64,000 bases of DNA from Carcharhinus longimanus. Taxonomy: Eukaryota. Under the pieces are notes generated by a model, which was not told where the DNA came from, made no database searches, and was given only the letters and a program-made list of their open reading frames with translations. The stretch covers positions 41,869,178 through 41,933,177 of the forward strand of contig JASCQW010000098.1 of the NCBI GenBank assembly GCA_030264375.1, written 5' to 3'. Below are positions 62,390 to 64,000 of this stretch, piece after piece. The translations under genes and the position numbers were made by a program. How positions within the stretch are numbered: the first letter of the stretch is position 1; each line of letters starts with the position of its first letter.

Positions 62390-63355
62390 TTGATTGGATC
62401 CTTGACCATGTCTGCTCCATTTTTCTCTACTTCTTCTCCCTAACGCCTTCATCTCTTTCCCTCAGCCATAACAGAAACATTTATATTCAACAGTTATCCT
62501 TGACCACTAATATTACCTCCAACCTGATGCTACCACCAAAAACATCTTCCCTCCCCTTACTTTTCACATTCAAACAGGACCATTCTCTCCCTGGCATCCT
62601 GCTCCACTCTTCAATCAGCCCCAATACCCTAGCCCCTTCCCACAGCAGCATTTGTTCTTTTACCTCTTCATCCCATTCACCATCAGGTGCCCCAAAAGAC
62701 TTCTTCCACGTGAAACTGTACTTCTTTCAATTTACAATACTGTATTTATTCTCCGTTACATTACTAAATGCAGATTGTATGGCTGAGTCCAATTGCTTGT
62801 TATTTAATTTTCTACCATACACTGACCTCTCTTTCCTTAGCCTTCTACAATGTTCTAATGAAGCTCAAGGTAAGCTCCAGGAACAGCAACTTTCATTAGG
62901 CACTCTACAGCCTTTGGATTCAACTTGAGTTCAATAATTTCAGATCAAAATTTCTGCTCTCAATTTTCCAGACACCAGCTTTTGATGATGATTCTGCTAT
63001 ACCTCCTTAAGACCCATCTTTTGTTTCTTGATCGCTTTCATTATCATTTCCTTTTACCTGGCACCATCATCCGTTTTGTCATTTAGCCTCTCCTGCTCTC
63101 CCCCGTCCACATGCCACCCCCGCATCCACATGCACCCCCCGCCCTCCGCCATCACATTACTTTCTATCCCATTCTCCCTTCTCCATGCCTCTGGACTTGC
63201 TTAAAACCTGTTATGTCGATAACATTTCCAGTTCTGACAAAAGGTCATTGTTAAAATATCAACTCTATTTCTCTCTCCTCAGATACTGCCTTGACAGCTC
63301 AGTATTTCCTGATTTTTATTTCAGATTTCCATCATCTGCAGTTTTTTTTGCTTTT
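62390..63355 (+). mobile_element. Penelope-like retroelement 3' portion (GIY-YIG endonuclease end plus terminal repeat)
   Basis: Peptide LLQCSNEAQGKLQEQQL..LGTLQP.G...EFNNFR, and terminal ttctgacaaaaggtca...atttcagatttccatcatctgcagtttttttgc (short reverse copy at ~7500-7530). Confidence 0.75.
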
Positions 63356-64000
63356 AAAGGCATTTTGGGAATTTGGGTGTTGATTTTATTCAACTTTCAC
63401 TGATTTTCTTTATGTTTAATAAAAAATCCAAAAACCTATTTCCTTGTAAGGTATGTCAAACTACTTGGCAGTCGCATAAGACCAACAGAGTATAAAAACA
63501 TGGTCTATCCAAATGCCACAGGGACATATATTAGAGGAGGAAAAGGAAAAGATGAATCTGCAATGCGACTAGATAAATGTTTTTATTAAAGAGGGAAGAT
63601 GATTTCAGGTAAGTACTTTCAATTTTAAGTTATGATATGCTGAAACGTGTTTCATGTCTATTTTTCCCTTCCAAATTGTTTTATGAAATATCTCTGACAG
63701 GTTCTCAGTGGAACCCAGTAATAAGCAACGTGCAAATGGATAAATGTTTTTGTTTAAATCTGCCATAGGGACTTGCTTAAAGTATTGCTACTTTCTGGCA
63801 CAGGTGTTGATGTGCTTGGTCTGTTCTCATATTTATTATGAGTCAGCTTTTGTTTCTTGTTGTTTCTCCTGAGGTTTTGCAATGTTTGGATGTTTTCTAA
63901 TACGATGCCTTGTCCGACTAATTTGGTTTTGATAAATGGAAAAACACAAGCAGGTCATTCAGCCCGTCGAACCAGTTCCAACATTTCAGTAGATTATGGC

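Overview
Eukaryotic, repeat-rich, gap-containing draft sequence. The repeat content (HE1/V-SINE-like tRNA SINEs, Deu-domain SINEs, CR1, L2, Rex-Babar, RTE, Penelope, Harbinger, Gypsy) points to a cartilaginous fish, probably a shark. Only one protein-coding gene is supported: a minus-strand protocadherin-20 (PCDH20) orthologue at ~43.4-46.8 kb. It has a 42-nt coding exon 1, a minisatellite-filled intron 1 and a large exon 2 interrupted by an N gap. The rest is gene-desert DNA made of decayed transposable elements, many of them nested. I found no convincing novel multi-gene system. The best second-look items are a degenerate U1 snRNA copy just upstream of PCDH20, a higher-order intronic repeat carrying many consensus 5' splice sites, an inverted identical copy of PCDH20 exon sequence inside a SINE, a candidate third exon, a fold-back hairpin in a LINE, hammerhead-like Penelope termini and a Gmr1-type LTR element. 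All family assignments come from motif recognition by eye, with no database search, and repeat boundaries are approximate.
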